Assembly: GCA_963806225.1 (NCBI GenBank)
Contig: CAWDXG010000004.1
Coordinates: 4,352,001-4,416,000, forward strand
Reading direction: 5' to 3'
Origin: an uncultured delta proteobacterium
GTDB taxonomy: Bacteria; Myxococcota_A; Polyangia; Polyangiales; Polyangiaceae
DNA: 64,000 nt
Shown here: positions 38,515 through 49,181 of the stretch, in pieces
How positions within the stretch are numbered: position 1 is the stretch's first letter
Layout: each line of letters starts with the position of its first letter
Notes under the pieces: generated by a model
Told to the model about the DNA's origin: nothing
The model's input: the letters and a program-made list of their open reading frames with translations, nothing else
Databases searched by the model: none
Made by a program: the position numbers and the translations under genes

Positions 38515-40185
38515 TCAGAATACGAAGGTGGTCCGGCCCTGGACCATGCCGCTGCGCGCGGCCTGGCGGTTCTTGTTGTAGAACGCGTCGCCCGGGATCA
38601 ACAGAGCGCCCTCGAGGTCGAAGATGAAGTGATCAAGATAGCGCCAGGAGAAGCGTCCGTCGAACTCCGTCCCGTAGAAGGTGCCCGGCTTGCCGCCGTT
38701 GAAGTTCACCAGGTCGTCCTCGATGCTGTTGCCGTCCCTGAGGTAGAGGCTGCGCGTCGGGTCGACGACACCGGCGGGCGCCCAGGCCATCAGCACGCCG
38801 CCGCGGAAAAGAAGCTCCTTTTCGGGGTGGAAACCGAACTGTGGGAAGATGGCGATCGCGTTCGTGAACGAGCCTTCCGAGTCGACGCGCTCGGCCGGAA
38901 AGGTGTGGGCACCGATGCGCCTGAGCAGCTCCACGCCGGCCGCCGCCGAGCGCTGGCTGGCGAAGTGCAGCGTCCGCTCGAACATCAGGAGGCCCACGTT
39001 GTTGTCCTCGGCGAAGTAGAGCTGCGTGAGCGGAGTGCCGGGATTGGGGTTGTGGTCGCCGCTGGCGAAGTCGCTCTCGAAGTAGGCCGTCCAGGTCGGC
39101 TCGTCCCAGCGCACCACCGCGCGCGCTCCGAACTGCTGGACCTTCTGCCGCACGATGGGGTCACTGTTGATGAGGGAGAGCGCTTGGCTGACTTCCCTGG
39201 TTGCGCCCAGGATGCCGGCGCCCTCCACGCCCGCGGAGAGCTTGCCGAAGCGGCCGATGGCGCGCGCGGTCATGATGTTGATGTCGGTGTCGTACTTGGC
39301 CTCCCAGCGCTTGGAATACACGCCGAGGAGCTGCACCGACTGCTGGTGGACGGGATCCTGCTTCAGGTAGCGGACGCCGACGCCCCCACCTTGCGTGTCG
39401 TCCCCGAAGAGGTGCACCTGGTTGGTGGTGACGCGGTCATAGAAGGCGATCAGGAACAAACCGCGATTGCGCGAGGTGTCGCGCTGGTTCTTCGGTTTGA
39501 GGCCCTCGAGCGGTTTGGTGGCGAACAGGATGCGGTCGGAGCTGTCGCCCTCGTTGCTGTAGCCGAAACGATTGGGACGGCCGTCGCCGTCGGCGGCCAG
39601 GATCGACGTGCCCTCGATCGTGGGCTGGCGGCCGATGCGGAACATTCCCACCGGCGTCACGATTTCACCGTAGGCGCGGCGGATGTGTAGCGGCTTGCCC
39701 GGCACCAGGACGTAGCCGTAGTTCTGCGGGTCGAGCTCGTCGCCGTGCCCCTTGTAGGCCACGCCGATGGTCGCGTTGTTGGGGATCGACGCGGAGGCGT
39801 TCACGCCGCTGTTTGGTGACGGGCTGCCGCCGTAGATGCCGTTGTCGCCCCAGAGCGTGCCTTCCAGCCCGTCGATGGAGGTGACGATGCGGACCTTGTC
39901 CTCGTAGTCGATGGCGCCGTCGAGTCTGAGTCGATGCTCGATCCAGCTCGCGTTGCGGTTGCGCGTGCCGTTCAGATTGAGTGGGCGCACATACAACCAG
40001 TTCGCCCGGTACTCGGCGCCACCCCGGAAGCCGAAGTCACCGAGCTCGTACCGGTTGTGCGGACCCATGCCGTCGTAGTCCGACCACGGCTCGTAGGGGG
40101 GTTGCTCTGCCGATGCCCGCGTGCTCGTCAAATGTGCTGACATGCCCAGCAGAACGCCAAGCAGCAGCGCACGGAACCGCCTCAT
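38515..40185 (-). CDS. Putative outer-membrane beta-barrel protein
   Basis: Signal peptide, IRRAYGEIVTPVGMFRIGRQP, amphipathic beta strands, C-terminal Phe (GRTTFVF). Confidence 0.7.
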   Translation of the reverse strand: MRRFRALLLGVLLGMSAHLTSTRASAEQPPYEPWSDYDGMGPHNRYELGDFGFRGGAEYRANWLYVRPLNLNGTRNRNASWIEHRLRLDGAIDYEDKVRIVTSIDGLEGTLWGDNGIYGGSPSPNSGVNASASIPNNATIGVAYKGHGDELDPQNYGYVLVPGKPLHIRRAYGEIVTPVGMFRIGRQPTIEGTSILAADGDGRPNRFGYSNEGDSSDRILFATKPLEGLKPKNQRDTSRNRGLFLIAFYDRVTTNQVHLFGDDTQGGGVGVRYLKQDPVHQQSVQLLGVYSKRWEAKYDTDINIMTARAIGRFGKLSAGVEGAGILGATREVSQALSLINSDPIVRQKVQQFGARAVVRWDEPTWTAYFESDFASGDHNPNPGTPLTQLYFAEDNNVGLLMFERTLHFASQRSAAAGVELLRRIGAHTFPAERVDSEGSFTNAIAIFPQFGFHPEKELLFRGGVLMAWAPAGVVDPTRSLYLRDGNSIEDDLVNFNGGKPGTFYGTEFDGRFSWRYLDHFIFDLEGALLIPGDAFYNKNRQAARSGMVQGRTTFVF

Positions 40186-40322
40186 GGCCGGGAACAGTAC
40201 AGGAAGCAGCGGCGCGAGAGAAGCGCCAATCGTCCCGTTTTGTAGCTGTTTCCGGGCGAGGCCCGGCGCCCTGGCGCGCGGCCCCGGGCACGGCGGGTCG
40301 ACCTGTTCTAGGATCGCCGGCA

Positions 40323-41306
40323 ATGCGAGCACTCGTCACCGGCGGCGCCGGATTCATCGGATCGAGCGTGGCGGATCGTCTGCTGTCGCTCGACTGGCAC
40401 GTCACGGTCGTCGACAACTTCGATCCGTACTACGACCCCGCACAGAAGCATCGCAACATCGCTAATGCGCTGCGTCACGACGCCTATCGTCTGATCGAGT
40501 GCGACGTGCGGGATGCCGCCGCTCTTGCTGCTGCCTTCGACGCCGCCCGGCCGGACGTCGTCGTGCATCTGGCGGCGCGGGCCGGTGTGCGGGCCAGCGT
40601 CGAGGACCCACTGAGCTACGTGCAGGTGAACGAGCTGGGCGGCCTGCACGTGCTCGCCGAGTGCAAGAGCCGCGGCAACGTGCCGGTCGTCTATTCGTCG
40701 ACCTCGAGCGTGTACGGCAACACGCGGCAGATCCCCTTCCGCGAGGACGACCCCGCAGCCGAACCGCTGACGCCGTACGCCGCGAGCAAGCGCGCCGGCG
40801 AGCTCATGGCCCACGCCTTCCACCACGTGTACGGGCTGCCCTCGGCGGTGTTGCGATTCTTCACGGTGTACGGCCCGCGCGGGCGTCCGGACATGGCTTT
40901 TGCCACTTTCAGCCGCGCACTGCTCCACGGCGAACGGATCCGCCTGCACGGCGAGGCCACCCGGCGCGACTTCACCTACGTCGACGACATCGTCGACGGC
41001 GTGCTCGGTGCGACAGAGTGGGTGCTGGACGGACGCGGCTTCGGGACGTTCAACCTCGGGCGGAGCGAGCCGGTCGTGGTGCGGAGGCTCATCGAGCTGC
41101 TCGGCGAAGCGCTGGGAGTCGAGCCTGAGGTCGATCTCGGCGAGTTGCAGGTCGGCGAGTCGGAAGTAACGGCTGCGGACGTGTCGCGCGCGGCGAAGGC
41201 GTTCGGCTACGCGCCTCGCGTTTCGCTCGAGGAGGGTGTACGGCGCTGGGTGGAGTGGATCGACCAGAGCGACGAGGCACCTGAAGAGCTCCAGAGAGGG
41301 CGCTGA
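40323..41306 (+). CDS. NAD-dependent nucleotide-sugar epimerase (UDP-glucuronate 4-epimerase-like)
   Basis: TGGAGFIG, HLAARAGVRAS, STSSVYG, YAASK, RFFTVYGPRGRPDMA, RDFTYVDD. Confidence 0.9.
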   Translation: MRALVTGGAGFIGSSVADRLLSLDWHVTVVDNFDPYYDPAQKHRNIANALRHDAYRLIECDVRDAAALAAAFDAARPDVVVHLAARAGVRASVEDPLSYVQVNELGGLHVLAECKSRGNVPVVYSSTSSVYGNTRQIPFREDDPAAEPLTPYAASKRAGELMAHAFHHVYGLPSAVLRFFTVYGPRGRPDMAFATFSRALLHGERIRLHGEATRRDFTYVDDIVDGVLGATEWVLDGRGFGTFNLGRSEPVVVRRLIELLGEALGVEPEVDLGELQVGESEVTAADVSRAAKAFGYAPRVSLEEGVRRWVEWIDQSDEAPEELQRGR

Positions 41307-41333
41307 TCTCTGCCCTCGCTGCCCGTCACGCGC

Positions 41334-43376
41334 TTGACGTTCCCGAAGCGCGTGACGACACTGACCCGAGCGCGCGCGCCGTGCGGAAAGACGAACGTGA
41401 AGAGTGCCAGGACCGAGAGCAGGCTTTCGCACGTCGTCATCGAGAGCGTCAGCCCCGAGCTCGATGGCGGGCGGCACCCGATCAAACGCAGCGTGGGTGA
41501 CGAAGTCGACGTCGGCGCAGACATCTACAAAGACGGCCACGACCTGATCGCGGCGCGCATCCTGTATCGCCCGCGGGGGGACGACACGTGGCTGAGCTCC
41601 CCGATGCGCTACGAGTTCGACCCGGACCGCTGGCACGGCAGCTTCACGCCCGACCGTCTCGGCCGCTGGGAGTACACGATCGAGGCGTGGCCGGCGCACT
41701 ACCGGAGCTGGCGTTCGGACCTGGAAAAGCGCCTGTCGGTTGGCCAGGACGTGACCTCGGAGCTTCTGGAAGGCGCCGAGCTCATCCGGCGGGGCGCCCG
41801 GCAGCTCGGGAAGAAGGATGCGGCGCGCGCCAAGGCGCTGGCGACCGCGCTCGGCGACGCGCACGTGACGCTCGAACAGCGACTGCAGGTCGCGTTCTCC
41901 AACGAGGTGCTCGAGCTGATCCACGGGCCCATCCATCCCGACGAGGCGGTGCGCTACGACCGCGTGCTCGAGGTGCTCGTCGATCGCGAGCTTGCCCGCT
42001 TCGGCGCCTGGTACGAGCTGTTCCCGCGCTCGCAGGGGACGGCGCCGGGCGAGCACGGCACCTTCGCGGACGTCGAACGACGCCTGCCGGAGCTAGCCGC
42101 ACTCGGTTTCGACGTGTTGTACCTGCCGCCGATACATCCCATCGGCCACACCCACCGCAAGGGGAAGAACAACACGACGGTCGCGCAGCCGGACGACGTG
42201 GGCAGCCCCTGGGCCATCGGCAGCGAAGAGGGCGGACACACCGCCATCCATCCCGAGCTCGGCAGCCTTCAGGACTTCCGTTCGCTGGTGCGTGCGGCGC
42301 GCGAGTTCGGTCTCGAGATAGCGCTGGACTACGCGCTGCAGTGCTCTCCCGATCATCCCTGGGTGAAGGAACATCCGGAGTGGTACTTCATCCGGCCCGA
42401 CGGCAGCATCCGCTACGCCGAGAACCCACCGAAGAAGTACGAGGACATCTACCCGCTCAATTTCTGGTGCGAGGACCGCGAGGGGCTGTGGAACGCCTGC
42501 CGCGACATCTTCCTGTACTGGATCGAGCAGGGCGTGCGCATCTTCCGCGTGGACAACCCACATACCAAGCCGCTGGCGTTCTGGGCATGGGTGATCGCCG
42601 ACGTGCAACGGCAACATCCGGACGTGATCTTCCTCGCCGAGGCCTTCACCCGGCCGAAGCGCATGCTGGGGCTGGCCAAGCTCGGCTTCACGCAGTCCTA
42701 CACGTACTTCACCTGGAAGAACACGTCGTGGGAGCTCCGCGATTACCTCACCGAGCTGGCCTCCACCCCGGTCGCGGAGTGCTACCGGCCGAACTTCTTC
42801 GCCAACACGCCGGACATCCTGCACGAGTACCTGCAGACCGGCGGTCGCCCCGCGTTCCGTATTCGACTGCTTCTGGCCGCGACGCTGTCGCCCACCTACG
42901 GCATCTACAGCGGCTACGAGCTGTGCGAGAACACGCCCGTCAGGCACGGTAGCGAGGAGTACCTGCACTCGGAGAAGTACGAGATCCGCGTGCGCGACTG
43001 GAGCGCGCCCGGCAACATCAAACACGACATCTCGCGTCTCAACCGTATCCGCAGGGAAAATCCGGCGCTGCACCGCATCGACAACCTGCGTTTCATCCGC
43101 TCCGACAACGAACAGATCTTCGCCTACCTGAAGAGCGCGCCCGAGGGCGACCTCGTGATCGCCGTCAACCTCGATCCCCATCACCCGCAGGAGACGATGC
43201 TGCACCTGCCGATCGACGATCTCGGCATCGGTGCGGACGAGCCCTTCGAGGTCGAGGATCTGCTCGGGGGTCACCGCTACGGCTGGCGGGGTTCCGACAA
43301 CTACGTGCGTCTCGATCCGGGCGAGCGCGTCGGGCACGTGTTCAAGCTGGGCCGCCGCTCGCCGCTGGGCGCCTGA
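41334..43376 (+). CDS. glgE: Alpha-1,4-glucan:maltose-1-phosphate maltosyltransferase
   Basis: [55 protein letters not shown]. The start may be a later GTG. Confidence 0.95.
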   Translation: MTFPKRVTTLTRARAPCGKTNVKSARTESRLSHVVIESVSPELDGGRHPIKRSVGDEVDVGADIYKDGHDLIAARILYRPRGDDTWLSSPMRYEFDPDRWHGSFTPDRLGRWEYTIEAWPAHYRSWRSDLEKRLSVGQDVTSELLEGAELIRRGARQLGKKDAARAKALATALGDAHVTLEQRLQVAFSNEVLELIHGPIHPDEAVRYDRVLEVLVDRELARFGAWYELFPRSQGTAPGEHGTFADVERRLPELAALGFDVLYLPPIHPIGHTHRKGKNNTTVAQPDDVGSPWAIGSEEGGHTAIHPELGSLQDFRSLVRAAREFGLEIALDYALQCSPDHPWVKEHPEWYFIRPDGSIRYAENPPKKYEDIYPLNFWCEDREGLWNACRDIFLYWIEQGVRIFRVDNPHTKPLAFWAWVIADVQRQHPDVIFLAEAFTRPKRMLGLAKLGFTQSYTYFTWKNTSWELRDYLTELASTPVAECYRPNFFANTPDILHEYLQTGGRPAFRIRLLLAATLSPTYGIYSGYELCENTPVRHGSEEYLHSEKYEIRVRDWSAPGNIKHDISRLNRIRRENPALHRIDNLRFIRSDNEQIFAYLKSAPEGDLVIAVNLDPHHPQETMLHLPIDDLGIGADEPFEVEDLLGGHRYGWRGSDNYVRLDPGERVGHVFKLGRRSPLGA

Positions 43377-43404
43377 TGCCGGCGGCGTCAAGGATAGACA
43401 AGCG

Positions 43405-46400
43405 ATGACCGACGAGAAGCTCTGGTACCGGGACGCCGTATTCTACGAGCTGCGCGTGCGTTCGTTCTACGACAGCGACGGCGACGGCGTGGGCGACCTG
43501 AAGGGCCTGGCGCAGAAGCTGGACTACCTCGCGGATCTGGGCGTCACGACGCTGTGGCTTCTGCCGTTCTATCCCTCGCCGCTCAGGGACGACGGCTACG
43601 ACATCGCCGACTACATGACCGTGCACCCGGATACGGGCACGCTGAGGGACTTCAAGAGCTTCCTCCGCGAAGCGCACGCCCGCGGCCTCAAGGTCGTGAC
43701 GGAGTTGGTGCTCAACCACACCTCCGACCAGCACCCGTGGTTCCAGCGCGCCCGGCGCGCTCCGCCGGGCAGCCGTTGGCGCAATTTCTACGTCTGGAGC
43801 GATACGCCGAGCAGGTACCAGGACGTAAGGATCATCTTCCAGGACTTCGAGACCTCGAACTGGAGCTGGGATGCGGTCGCCCAGGCGTACTACTGGCACC
43901 GCTTCTATTCGCACCAGCCCGATCTCAATTTCGACAACCCCGAGGTGCAGAAGGCCGTTCTGCAGGTGCTCGACTTCTGGTTGGAGATGGGCGTCGACGG
44001 GCTGAGGCTCGATGCGATCCCGTATCTGTACGAGCGGGAGGGAACGAACTGCGAGAACCTGCCCGAGACGCACCAGATGCTGAAAAAGCTCCGGGCGCAC
44101 GTCGACAAGAAGTTCAAGAACCGCATGCTGCTGGCCGAAGCCAACCAGTGGCCGGAGGACGCCGTCACGTACTTCGGGGATGGGGACGAGTGCCACATGT
44201 CCTTCCATTTCCCGATCATGCCGCGCCTGTTCATGGCGCTGCATATGGAAGACCGCTTCCCCATTCTCGACATCCTCGAGCAGACGCCGGAGCCGCCCGA
44301 GGGCGCCCAGTGGGCGATCTTCCTCCGCAACCACGACGAGCTGACGCTGGAGATGGTCACGGACGAAGAGCGCGACTACATGGTGGGCGCCTACGCGCGC
44401 GATCGCCAGGCGCGGATCAACCTCGGGATCCGCCGGCGGCTGGCGCCGCTGCTCGACAACAACCGCCGGCGCATCGAGCTGATGAACGCGTTGCTGTTCT
44501 CGCTGCCGGGCACGCCGGTGCTGTACTACGGCGACGAGATCGGGATGGGCGACAATGTATATCTCGGTGACCGCGACGGAGTGCGCACGCCGATGCAGTG
44601 GAGCCCGGATCGCAATGCGGGGTTTTCGCGCGCCAACCCGCAGAAGCTCATCCTGCCGGTGATCGTCGACCCGGAATACCACTACGAAGCCGTCAACGTG
44701 GAGACGCAGCAGCACAACCCGAGCTCGCTGCTGTGGTGGACGAAGCGCATCGTTGCTCTCAGGAAGCAACACGTGGCATTCGGTCGCGGCACGCTGGAAC
44801 CGCTGACCCCGCAGAACCGCAAGATCCTGGCGTTCATCCGCCGCTATGGCGACGAGACGCTGCTGGTGGTCGCGAACCTCTCGCGCTTCTCGCAGGCCGT
44901 GGAGCTGGATCTTTCGGAATTCAAGGGGCGCGAGCCCATGGAGCTGTTCGGGCACATCGTCTTCCCGCGCATCGACGACCAGCCGTATCGGCTCACGCTG
45001 GGTCCGCACAACTTCTTCTGGTTTTCGCTGGCGGGCCGGCGCGACGTACCCGTCGAGGCCCAGGACGAGTCGACGCACCTGGTCCTCGAAGTGGCGGGCG
45101 CGTGGGACGACGTCTTCAACGCGCGCAACAAGCCGCTCGAGCGGCTGCTCGCCCGCTACCTGCGCGGTCGGCGCTGGTTCCGTGGCAAGGCGCGCTCGAT
45201 CAAGAGCGCGCGGGTCACCGATTCCGTGCCGCTGAGAGCCGCGGGAGAGGCGCGGCTGCTCCTCATCGAAGTGGCGTACGAGGAGGGTGACCCCGAGACG
45301 TACGTGCTGCCCTTGCGTTTCGTGGCGGGAGAGGAGGCCCCGGACTCCGCCCTGGCGCTCATCAAGACCCGCTCGCGACGCGGCGAGTACTCCGGGGCGC
45401 TGGTCGACGCCTCGGGAGATCCACGCGTGGCTGCGGCGCTTCTCGATATTGCGGTGCGCAGGCGGCGGATAAAGGGCAGGAACGTGGAGCTGGTGGGCGT
45501 GCCCGACAAGCCGCTCAAAGCGCTCCGGCCGCTACTCGGCTCGCTGCCGCCGCCGCGCGCGGTGGGCGTGGAGCAGAGCAATACGTCGTACATCTATGGC
45601 GACCACGTGATCGGCAAGCTGCTGCGCCGCGTGGAAGGCGGCGAGAGCGTCGAGCTCGAAGTGCTGCGCTTCATCGGCAAGAAGGCCGCGTACAGCCGCG
45701 TGCCGGCCCTGGCCGGGCACATCGAGCTGGACTACGGGCGGAGCGGGCGGGCCACGCTGGGGATCTTCCAGACCTTCGTCCCCAACCAGGGCGACGCCTG
45801 GACGTTCACCGTGGACGAGGTGCAGCGCTACTTCGAGCGCGTGCTGGTGCACCGGGATAGCGACGTACCCGCTCCGCAGGTGACCGGGAAGATGCTCGAA
45901 CGTCTCGGACGCGCGCCTCCCGAGGTGGTCCGGGAGCGCATCGGCGGCTATCTCGAGGTCGCGAAGCTGATCGGTCGGCGCACGGCGGAGTTGCACGTGG
46001 CTCTGGCCTCGGTGCACGACGATCCGGACTTCGCGCCGCAGCGGATGAACCAGCTGTCCCGCCGCTCGTACTACCAGTCCGTGCGGAATCTGGCGTCCCG
46101 CGCGCTCGACAGCCTGCGCGAGCAGTCGGGGAAGCTGCCCGAAGCGGTCCGTCCGAACGCCAAGGCGGTGCTGTCGCACGAGAAGGAAATCCGCGCGCGA
46201 CTCAAGCAGGTGCTCGACCGCAAACCCGCAGGGAGCCGCATCCGCTGTCACGGCGACTACCACCTCGGGCAGATCCTCTACACCGGCGCGGACTTCGTCA
46301 TTATCGACTTCGAGGGCGAGCCGGCGCGCACGCTCTCCGAGCGGCGCCGCAAGCGCTCGCCCCTCGCCGACGTTGCCGGGCTGCTCCGCTCCTTCCACTA

Positions 46401-46707
46401 CGCGGTCCACGGCGTGCTGAGCTCGGAGATCCCGGGCAGCCAGGTGCGCCCGGAGGATGTGCCCCTGCTCGAGCCCTGGGCGCCGGTCTGGTACCGCTGG
46501 GTGTCGAGCGCGTTCTTCGAGGCGTATCTGGAGACGGCCAGGCCCGCGGAGCTGCTTCCCGAGGATCCGGATGACCTCGCGCTGCTGCTCGACGTGCACC
46601 TGATCGAGAAGAGCCTGTACGAGCTCGGCTACGAGTTGAACAACCGCCCCGACTGGGTGGGGATCCCGCTGCGTGGCGTGCTGGACGTGCTCGAAGCGGG
46701 CCGCTGA
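43405..46707 (+). CDS. treS: Trehalose synthase fused to maltokinase (TreS-Mak/Pep2)
   Basis: [46 protein letters not shown]-terminal kinase-like [22 protein letters not shown]. Confidence 0.95.
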   Translation: MTDEKLWYRDAVFYELRVRSFYDSDGDGVGDLKGLAQKLDYLADLGVTTLWLLPFYPSPLRDDGYDIADYMTVHPDTGTLRDFKSFLREAHARGLKVVTELVLNHTSDQHPWFQRARRAPPGSRWRNFYVWSDTPSRYQDVRIIFQDFETSNWSWDAVAQAYYWHRFYSHQPDLNFDNPEVQKAVLQVLDFWLEMGVDGLRLDAIPYLYEREGTNCENLPETHQMLKKLRAHVDKKFKNRMLLAEANQWPEDAVTYFGDGDECHMSFHFPIMPRLFMALHMEDRFPILDILEQTPEPPEGAQWAIFLRNHDELTLEMVTDEERDYMVGAYARDRQARINLGIRRRLAPLLDNNRRRIELMNALLFSLPGTPVLYYGDEIGMGDNVYLGDRDGVRTPMQWSPDRNAGFSRANPQKLILPVIVDPEYHYEAVNVETQQHNPSSLLWWTKRIVALRKQHVAFGRGTLEPLTPQNRKILAFIRRYGDETLLVVANLSRFSQAVELDLSEFKGREPMELFGHIVFPRIDDQPYRLTLGPHNFFWFSLAGRRDVPVEAQDESTHLVLEVAGAWDDVFNARNKPLERLLARYLRGRRWFRGKARSIKSARVTDSVPLRAAGEARLLLIEVAYEEGDPETYVLPLRFVAGEEAPDSALALIKTRSRRGEYSGALVDASGDPRVAAALLDIAVRRRRIKGRNVELVGVPDKPLKALRPLLGSLPPPRAVGVEQSNTSYIYGDHVIGKLLRRVEGGESVELEVLRFIGKKAAYSRVPALAGHIELDYGRSGRATLGIFQTFVPNQGDAWTFTVDEVQRYFERVLVHRDSDVPAPQVTGKMLERLGRAPPEVVRERIGGYLEVAKLIGRRTAELHVALASVHDDPDFAPQRMNQLSRRSYYQSVRNLASRALDSLREQSGKLPEAVRPNAKAVLSHEKEIRARLKQVLDRKPAGSRIRCHGDYHLGQILYTGADFVIIDFEGEPARTLSERRRKRSPLADVAGLLRSFHYAVHGVLSSEIPGSQVRPEDVPLLEPWAPVWYRWVSSAFFEAYLETARPAELLPEDPDDLALLLDVHLIEKSLYELGYELNNRPDWVGIPLRGVLDVLEAGR

Positions 46708-46715
46708 GGGGCAGC

Positions 46716-47996
46716 TTGATCCTGATTTCGAAAACCTACTGGGCAGGTGTCCCGTTCGACTTCAGGCAGCCTCCGCGGGATGCGGGCGTGGAGTCGCTGG
46801 TGCTGCGCGCGGACGACTTCCGGCAGTGCCGCGCTCTGTACTGGACGCCGGCAGGGAAGCCGGCGCCGCGCGTCGCGGTGGTGTGCATGCACCCGCGAGT
46901 AGACTTCACGCATCACTACTCCATCCCGCGGCTCGTTCTTGCAGGCATCGGCGTGCTGGCGGCCAACACGCGCAGCCCGAACAACGACACCGATACGGTG
47001 CACGAGGAGATCATCCTCGATGTTGCGGCGTGCGTGCGCTACCTGCGCGAAAAGCGCGGGGTCGACAAGGTAGTGCTGCTCGGGAATTCGGGGGGCGGTT
47101 CGCTCTCGGCGTTCTACCAGGCCCAGGCGCGACTGCCGCCGGAAGAGCGTCTCGCTTCGACACCTGCGGGGCACCCGACGCGCCTCGCACAGGCGCGCAT
47201 GAGCCCGGCCGACGGCATGATCTACATTTCCGCGCACCGCGGTCAGGGCAAGGTGCTGCTCGACTGTATCGACGCTTCGGTCGTCGACGAGCGCGATCCG
47301 TTCGCGACAGACCCCGCGCTCGACATGTACGCCGAGGACAACGGTTTTCTCCCGCCGCCCGCCTGGTGCGAATACGATCCGGAGTTCGTGGCGCGCTACC
47401 GCGAGGCGCAGCGCGCCCGGGTGCGGCGGCTGGACGCCACGGCGCGCGAGCTGTTGGCCGACGCGGCAAACGCGGCCGAGCGCGCCGCCCAGCCCGGCTT
47501 CGAGGACCTCGCCTTCGAGGAGCAGCGGCGCGTTCTCGTGCACAAGGTGTTCGAGCCGGTGATGGTCATCTACCGCACCATGGCGAACCTGCACTACGTC
47601 GACCGTCACCTCGACCCTTCGTCGCGGGACTACGGTTCGCTCCTGAGCGAGCGCCCCGACCTGATGAACATGAAGCTGCTCGGTTTCTCGCGCATGTGCA
47701 CGCCGCGCGCCTGGTTGAGCACCTGGTCCGGTCTGAGCTCCAACGCCGACCTCGTCGAGAACCTCGGGCACATCGTCGAGCCGACTCTGGTGGTCAATGC
47801 CGGGCGTGACCGCGAGATCTATCCGGAAGCCGACGCACGACCTATCTTCGAGGCCGTGGTTGCGGAGGACCGGACATTTTACTCGTTCGACGCGGCCCGG
47901 CACTATTTCGAACCGGAGCCCGGCGAGAAGGTCGCTCCGGACGTGGAATCCCTGATGGACGTCGTGGTGCCGTGGATAGAGGAGCGTTTCGCGTGA
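46716..47996 (+). CDS. Alpha/beta hydrolase
   Basis: Nucleophile elbow GNSGGG, HP oxyanion region, C-terminal D...H (GRDREI, ARHYF). Confidence 0.8.
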   Translation: MILISKTYWAGVPFDFRQPPRDAGVESLVLRADDFRQCRALYWTPAGKPAPRVAVVCMHPRVDFTHHYSIPRLVLAGIGVLAANTRSPNNDTDTVHEEIILDVAACVRYLREKRGVDKVVLLGNSGGGSLSAFYQAQARLPPEERLASTPAGHPTRLAQARMSPADGMIYISAHRGQGKVLLDCIDASVVDERDPFATDPALDMYAEDNGFLPPPAWCEYDPEFVARYREAQRARVRRLDATARELLADAANAAERAAQPGFEDLAFEEQRRVLVHKVFEPVMVIYRTMANLHYVDRHLDPSSRDYGSLLSERPDLMNMKLLGFSRMCTPRAWLSTWSGLSSNADLVENLGHIVEPTLVVNAGRDREIYPEADARPIFEAVVAEDRTFYSFDAARHYFEPEPGEKVAPDVESLMDVVVPWIEERFA

Positions 47997-49165
47997 CCGA
48001 TCGGCATCCGACCGCGCAGAGCTGGGCATTTCCGCCCGCCGATCGCGCTCCGCTCGGCGGCGGACTCCGCCGCACCAACCTGCGCGCGCTCGAGGCGCGC
48101 CTGGCTCGCTTCGAGCACCACCTGATGGTCGTCGCGCGCGTGGGCGCCGCGCAGCTCGAGGTCGCCACCGCGTCCGAACCGCTGTACTTCGCGCACGCGA
48201 ACATCTCCGACGAGTACGCGATGGCGATGACCACCGGCGACGAGCTGGTCGACGGCTTTCCGTACCGCACCTTCCTTTCCGATCCCGCGAGCTTCGAGGA
48301 CGTGGGACGCATCAACCACCGCACGCGCGAGCTCGTGCTGCACCCGTACGGGCTTCTGCACTGGCCGGGGCGTCTACGCGCGCCGTACTCGCCCTTCCGG
48401 TTCGGACCCGGTGAGCGGCGGACCGGCTACACGCTCGTGTTCTGTGCGAGCCGGCCGACGCCACCCGGCGAACGACCGCTCTTCGTCAGCCAGGGGCACG
48501 AGGCCGACGTGAAGGCGTACGGAGGGCGGAGCGTGCCGTTTCTGCTCGCGGACACGCGGAGCGAAGCCGCGCGTGTCCTGGGCAGCGTGGGTGACACGAC
48601 ACTCGAGCTCGCGGTCTCGCCCAGGCGCATCGAGCCGGCGCAGGGCGGGTACGTCGTCGTGCTCGACGCGGACGAGCCGCACTTCCCCGGTGATCTCGTC
48701 TACGTTCCCCCGGGCAGCGCGCTGGACGCGTCGGGGATCGAGCGCGCGCTGGTGGTGTCCTCTCTTGCCAGCGCGCCCGAGCCGCCTCCCCGGAGCTGGG
48801 ACGCAACTCCGGAGGCGCCCTTCGTCGAGTACGAACAGGGCGATCCGGTGCCACTGCCGCTTTCGATCGCTGGGCTCGATCTGGAGGCGGCGTCGCCGGA
48901 TCTGCTGCGCGTGGAAATCGGCGGCACGAGTGCCGAAGTGCCGCGCTATTGGCTGGCGCGCTTCCTGTTCCGGCTCGCGCTGCACGGCTACTGCATCGGC
49001 TATCTGGAAACCTATGGCGGCTTTTTCTACGACGACCGGGATGGCTATCGCTTCGGCCTGCGCGGCGGGCGCGACGTGAAGGTCGACGCGGCCGCGGTGC
49101 CCGCCGTGGTCGAGCGGATGTATCGAGCGGTGGCGCCGCAAGGCTACATGGAGCGGATCGCGTGA
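47993..49165 (+). CDS. Hypothetical protein with HmgA-like cupin metal-binding motif
   Basis: GTGA overlap with the hydrolase stop; YFAHANISDE...LHPYGLLHWPG. Confidence 0.6.
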   Translation: MTDRHPTAQSWAFPPADRAPLGGGLRRTNLRALEARLARFEHHLMVVARVGAAQLEVATASEPLYFAHANISDEYAMAMTTGDELVDGFPYRTFLSDPASFEDVGRINHRTRELVLHPYGLLHWPGRLRAPYSPFRFGPGERRTGYTLVFCASRPTPPGERPLFVSQGHEADVKAYGGRSVPFLLADTRSEAARVLGSVGDTTLELAVSPRRIEPAQGGYVVVLDADEPHFPGDLVYVPPGSALDASGIERALVVSSLASAPEPPPRSWDATPEAPFVEYEQGDPVPLPLSIAGLDLEAASPDLLRVEIGGTSAEVPRYWLARFLFRLALHGYCIGYLETYGGFFYDDRDGYRFGLRGGRDVKVDAAAVPAVVERMYRAVAPQGYMERIA

Positions 49166-49181
49166 GCATGGTGGAGGCAGA

